The position numbers and the translations under genes were made by a program. The notes under the pieces are model-generated. The model was not told where the DNA came from, searched no databases, and worked only from the letters and a program-made list of their open reading frames with translations. A stretch of 27,078 bases of DNA, taken from the NCBI GenBank assembly GCA_030141605.1, contig JAQGDQ010001743.1:1-27078 (forward strand), given 5' to 3'. The first letter of the stretch is position 1; every line of letters begins with the position of its first letter. This stretch comes from Tubiluchus corallicola. Taxonomy: Eukaryota > Animalia > Priapulida. Of the stretch, positions 23,883 through 27,078 are shown one piece after another.

Positions 23883-24601
23883 GCGGGATGCCCACACTGT
23901 ATGTCGACACTAGGCGGAGGAGCTGCACAAGGCCGCCAACGGCTAGAGGGCGGAGGAGGTCAAGTGACCCAACGGCCGTGTGTAGAGGAGTAAACCTTCC
24001 AAATCAGGAGTGGAGCCCCGAAGGCGGACCAGTGCAGCATGCTCACTGACTCCGGCAGTTCCTGCAGCCAACCTGGTGTAAAACGTATTGCTCCGCTTTC
24101 CTTTGGACTACACCAGGGAGGAAGAGAGGGGGTTCCTGTTGTCTGGGCAACTCAGGATCTCCATACACCTTGCCCAGGCGTGCGCCCTGGAGACGTTCAA
24201 GGATCGCACTGCTCAGCCACAGTCGACGCTGCAGCTCCATCAATGTGATCAATAACTGACTCTCTTTGCGCACATTCCATTGTCTTCCGAGACAGAAGGA
24301 TGCCAACAACAGCAAGAACCATTTGTTGACAAATTCACACACAATCGCTCATCCAAGTGCCCACTAGAACTAATAAAGCCTAACTAAACAGTTGAGAACT
24401 ATAACTATGGTAGGTTTGTGATAAGGGTATGAATGCAGGACGCCAAAATGTATTTCGACTATAACTGTAGCGCTCTTACACATAAGTTGCTAAAACTTAA
24501 ACAAAAGATACAAATACAACTTTCGATCAGATAAACAAATTTTGTTTCAGAAACTCTTTAACTGGGAGTTCAAAACAAATCACGGCAGAATTAATATTTA
24601 A

Positions 24602-25059
24602 CCCTTTCAGTCCCAAATTATTTTTTAATAAGAAAAAATTTTTGGCTTGGTACTTTTGTTCAGTATGTCCATCTTGATTACACATAATAATTATTTTTTT
24701 CTACCTGTGCCCACGTGCTAAATATAGCCTGTATCCCACGGGATACATTGGGATTCAATGGAAGCATAAAATGTGCTTCATTTTGCAACTGCTGATAATT
24801 TTTCAAAGTATTTAAGACATTCAGTATGCATGCTATGCTTATCTGTACAAAGTCGTCTCTAAAGTACTGTACCTTGCGCAGTTTTTTATGCTATGTAGAT
24901 TTTCTAGTTTGCCATTTTATCACCATTTTTAGTCTATTGTTATTGGCTGAAATCAAAATAACTATTAACAGATCAAATAACTGTCAGTTTTAAAAATTTA
25001 TTAATTTTAAAGGCAGAAAATATTCTCGTATCTCACGGGATACAACGGGTATGAAAGGG
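24602..25059 (-). mobile_element. piggyBac-type MITE, independent inverted insertion, 458 bp
   Basis: TTAA at 24598-24601 and 25060-25063. Reverse complement of 4464-4921 with scattered substitutions and different flanks. Confidence 0.93.
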
Positions 25060-25325
25060 TTAATATAAATGGGTGTCAGTAACTCTAGAACAGCCTACAT
25101 CGTCAATAATGGAGTTATGGAGTTCGCCATGTTGTTGTTCTCCTCATATCACCACGTTGAGCAGGTAAAATTCTAAAAAAAATGAAATCTACCCTCAAGA
25201 CAGGTAAACACAGCAGTAATCTAGTACAAAAAAAACTAGACGCTACTACGCCAGTGACTTGTCAGCACCATTTCCGAGCAATGTTCGCCTCTGTCAATAC
25301 AAAAATCTGCCATTTACTCAACGTG

Positions 25326-25383
25326 CGTACGTAAGTAAACAACGTACGTAAGTAAACAACGTACGTAAGTAAACAATGCGTAC
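25326..25383. repeat. 17-bp tandem repeat (CGTACGTAAGTAAACAA) x3
   Basis: Direct reading. Confidence 0.9.
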
Positions 25384-25689
25384 TAAGTTGTCACTAATTT
25401 GGAATCCATAACAACCAAACGCCTATCTATAATCTGTTAACAGCTAGCTAATCACCATATTTTTAGATGAGTTTCTAAATCTTCTTGATCATTACGCCCT
25501 GGCTAGTACATAGAAATTTGCGTTCAAGATGTTACCGATCTTCCCACGGTTAACTATTGTTACAGAGGAGAAAAAATTCTCTGATGAGAATCCATGAAAC
25601 TGCATTCTTGTTACATGCAGATGCTTTTAATAGTCTAAAAATGAATTTCACAGGGCAAAGCTAAATATAAACGTAGCGACTAGAATTAC

Positions 25690-25692
<3 letters not shown>

Positions 25693-25755
<63 letters not shown>

Positions 25756-25789
25756 AAGAGAGAAAGAGAGAAAGAGAGGAGAGAGCGAA

Positions 25790-25844
<55 letters not shown>

Positions 25845-26107
25845 GGGGGGGAAACGAGACACAGGGAGAGAGAGAAAAAAGAGAGAGGAGAGGAGAGGAG
25901 ACACAGGGAGAGAGAGAAAGAAACAGAGAGAAGAGATAACACAGTGAGAGAGAGAGAGAAAGGGTGGGAAAAAAGAGAAAGTGGGATTCAGTGTGGGTGA
26001 GTGTGTATGAGAGCGAGAGGGGGGGAGAAAGCAGAGAGAAAGAGACAAGGGAGATAGGGAGGGAGGGAGGGAGGGAGGGAGGCAGAGAGTGCGGAGAATG
26101 AGAGAGA
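25693..26107. repeat. (GA)n / (GGGA)n purine-rich tract
   Basis: Direct reading. Confidence 0.95.
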
Positions 26108-26642
26108 TTCTATTAAAATAGCGTTAAATCATAATGTAAAAACGAATCATGACAACAGTAAATAGAACAGCGTAGCCAGACAGTTGGGCTGAAAAAACAA
26201 ACTAAGCGAGTCACTCAATGCTTCGCATTCCGGACTATCTTGAAAAGAACGAAAAATCGAACACGCGCACAACTGAATGATGAATTCCTATGCACAATAA
26301 ACGATGCTTTGACATAAACTTTACATCCAAACGAATAAACGTACGATAATTACTTTTACTGACGATGACACTAGACATTAGTTGCTCGTATTAAATATTA
26401 TGCATCTGTGTTATATATACATTTCATTACATTACATAGTCCGTCACTTGTTTTCATCAATAAACGTACTATTAAAACAAGTTTGAAATTTAAAAATAAT
26501 TTATAACTGAAAGATAAGTAACATCAATCGCCGCTCATTACAAGATGTGACGTCAAAACTGATATTTTGGTAAATTTTGCATAGAGTTTAAAAAAGTTTA
26601 CGTGTGACGTGACTCATAATATACACTTAATGATCCACTTTC

Positions 26643-26792
<150 letters not shown>

Positions 26793-27078
26793 TGCCGCAA
26801 CCGCCATAGCCGCCATACTCCTGCCTTCGCCGCCGCCGCCATATACTTAGCCGCCGCCGCTTATTACCTGCTCCATGCCTTATAACATTGCGCCAACCAT
26901 ATATATATATATATATATATGCGGGATTTAAACCTCTGCTTCTGGACACCAGACTCTTCCATGCTTCATGAGCTGGTGGGGCTACCGAAAATTTTCGTAA
27001 TATGACCCTCGCCGCTCCACTTCGGAACTTTTCTCACATAATAACACCCGATAAGCTCCCGGGTATGCCGAAGGCGAT

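Larger units (their letters stand above)
23763..24311 (+). mobile_element. 5S rRNA-derived SINE (SINE3 type) with RTE-LINE-derived body and tail, 549 bp
   Basis: 9-bp TSD GCAAGAACC (23754-23762, 24312-24320). Starts exactly at 5S +1. SRIALLSHSRRC remnant (24197-24259). Ends CCATTGTCTTCCGAGACAGAAGGATGCCAACAACA. Confidence 0.88.

Noticed and set aside
23883-24060. HDV-like ribozyme at the start of the RTE body
   Set aside because: I could not build the P1/P2/P3/L3 pseudoknot by eye; an Infernal or RNArobo search would settle it.
25095-25137. Minus-strand AACATGGCG start context as a first exon
   Set aside because: A stop follows after 11 codons, the donor is weak, and it has no link to other exons.

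Overview
Repeat-dense, AT-rich animal genomic DNA; the 5S rRNA sequence resembles mollusc/annelid 5S. It is not prokaryotic, and nearly all supplied ORFs are repeat artefacts. Main content: (1) a ~7.3-kb direct segmental duplication (~1195-8506 vs ~13158-20644) carrying putative minus-strand spliced exons, a piggyBac-type MITE, a Tc1/mariner MITE, a possible Helitron and several microsatellites; (2) between the copies, a foldback-like structure (inverted AAAAATGGCA arrays, 9146-12606) enclosing a 24-bp minisatellite, a non-autonomous RTE element and a truncated CR1-type LINE; (3) 159-bp and 29-bp (exactly 50 units) tandem arrays; (4) the best candidate for novelty, a TSD-flanked 549-bp retroposon (23763-24311) made of a full-length 5S rRNA head fused to a body ending in an RTE-LINE 3' end (a SINE3-type element). 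A TSD-flanked sister copy without the 5S head lies at 10174-10590. Family assignments come from motif recognition only; no searches were run.
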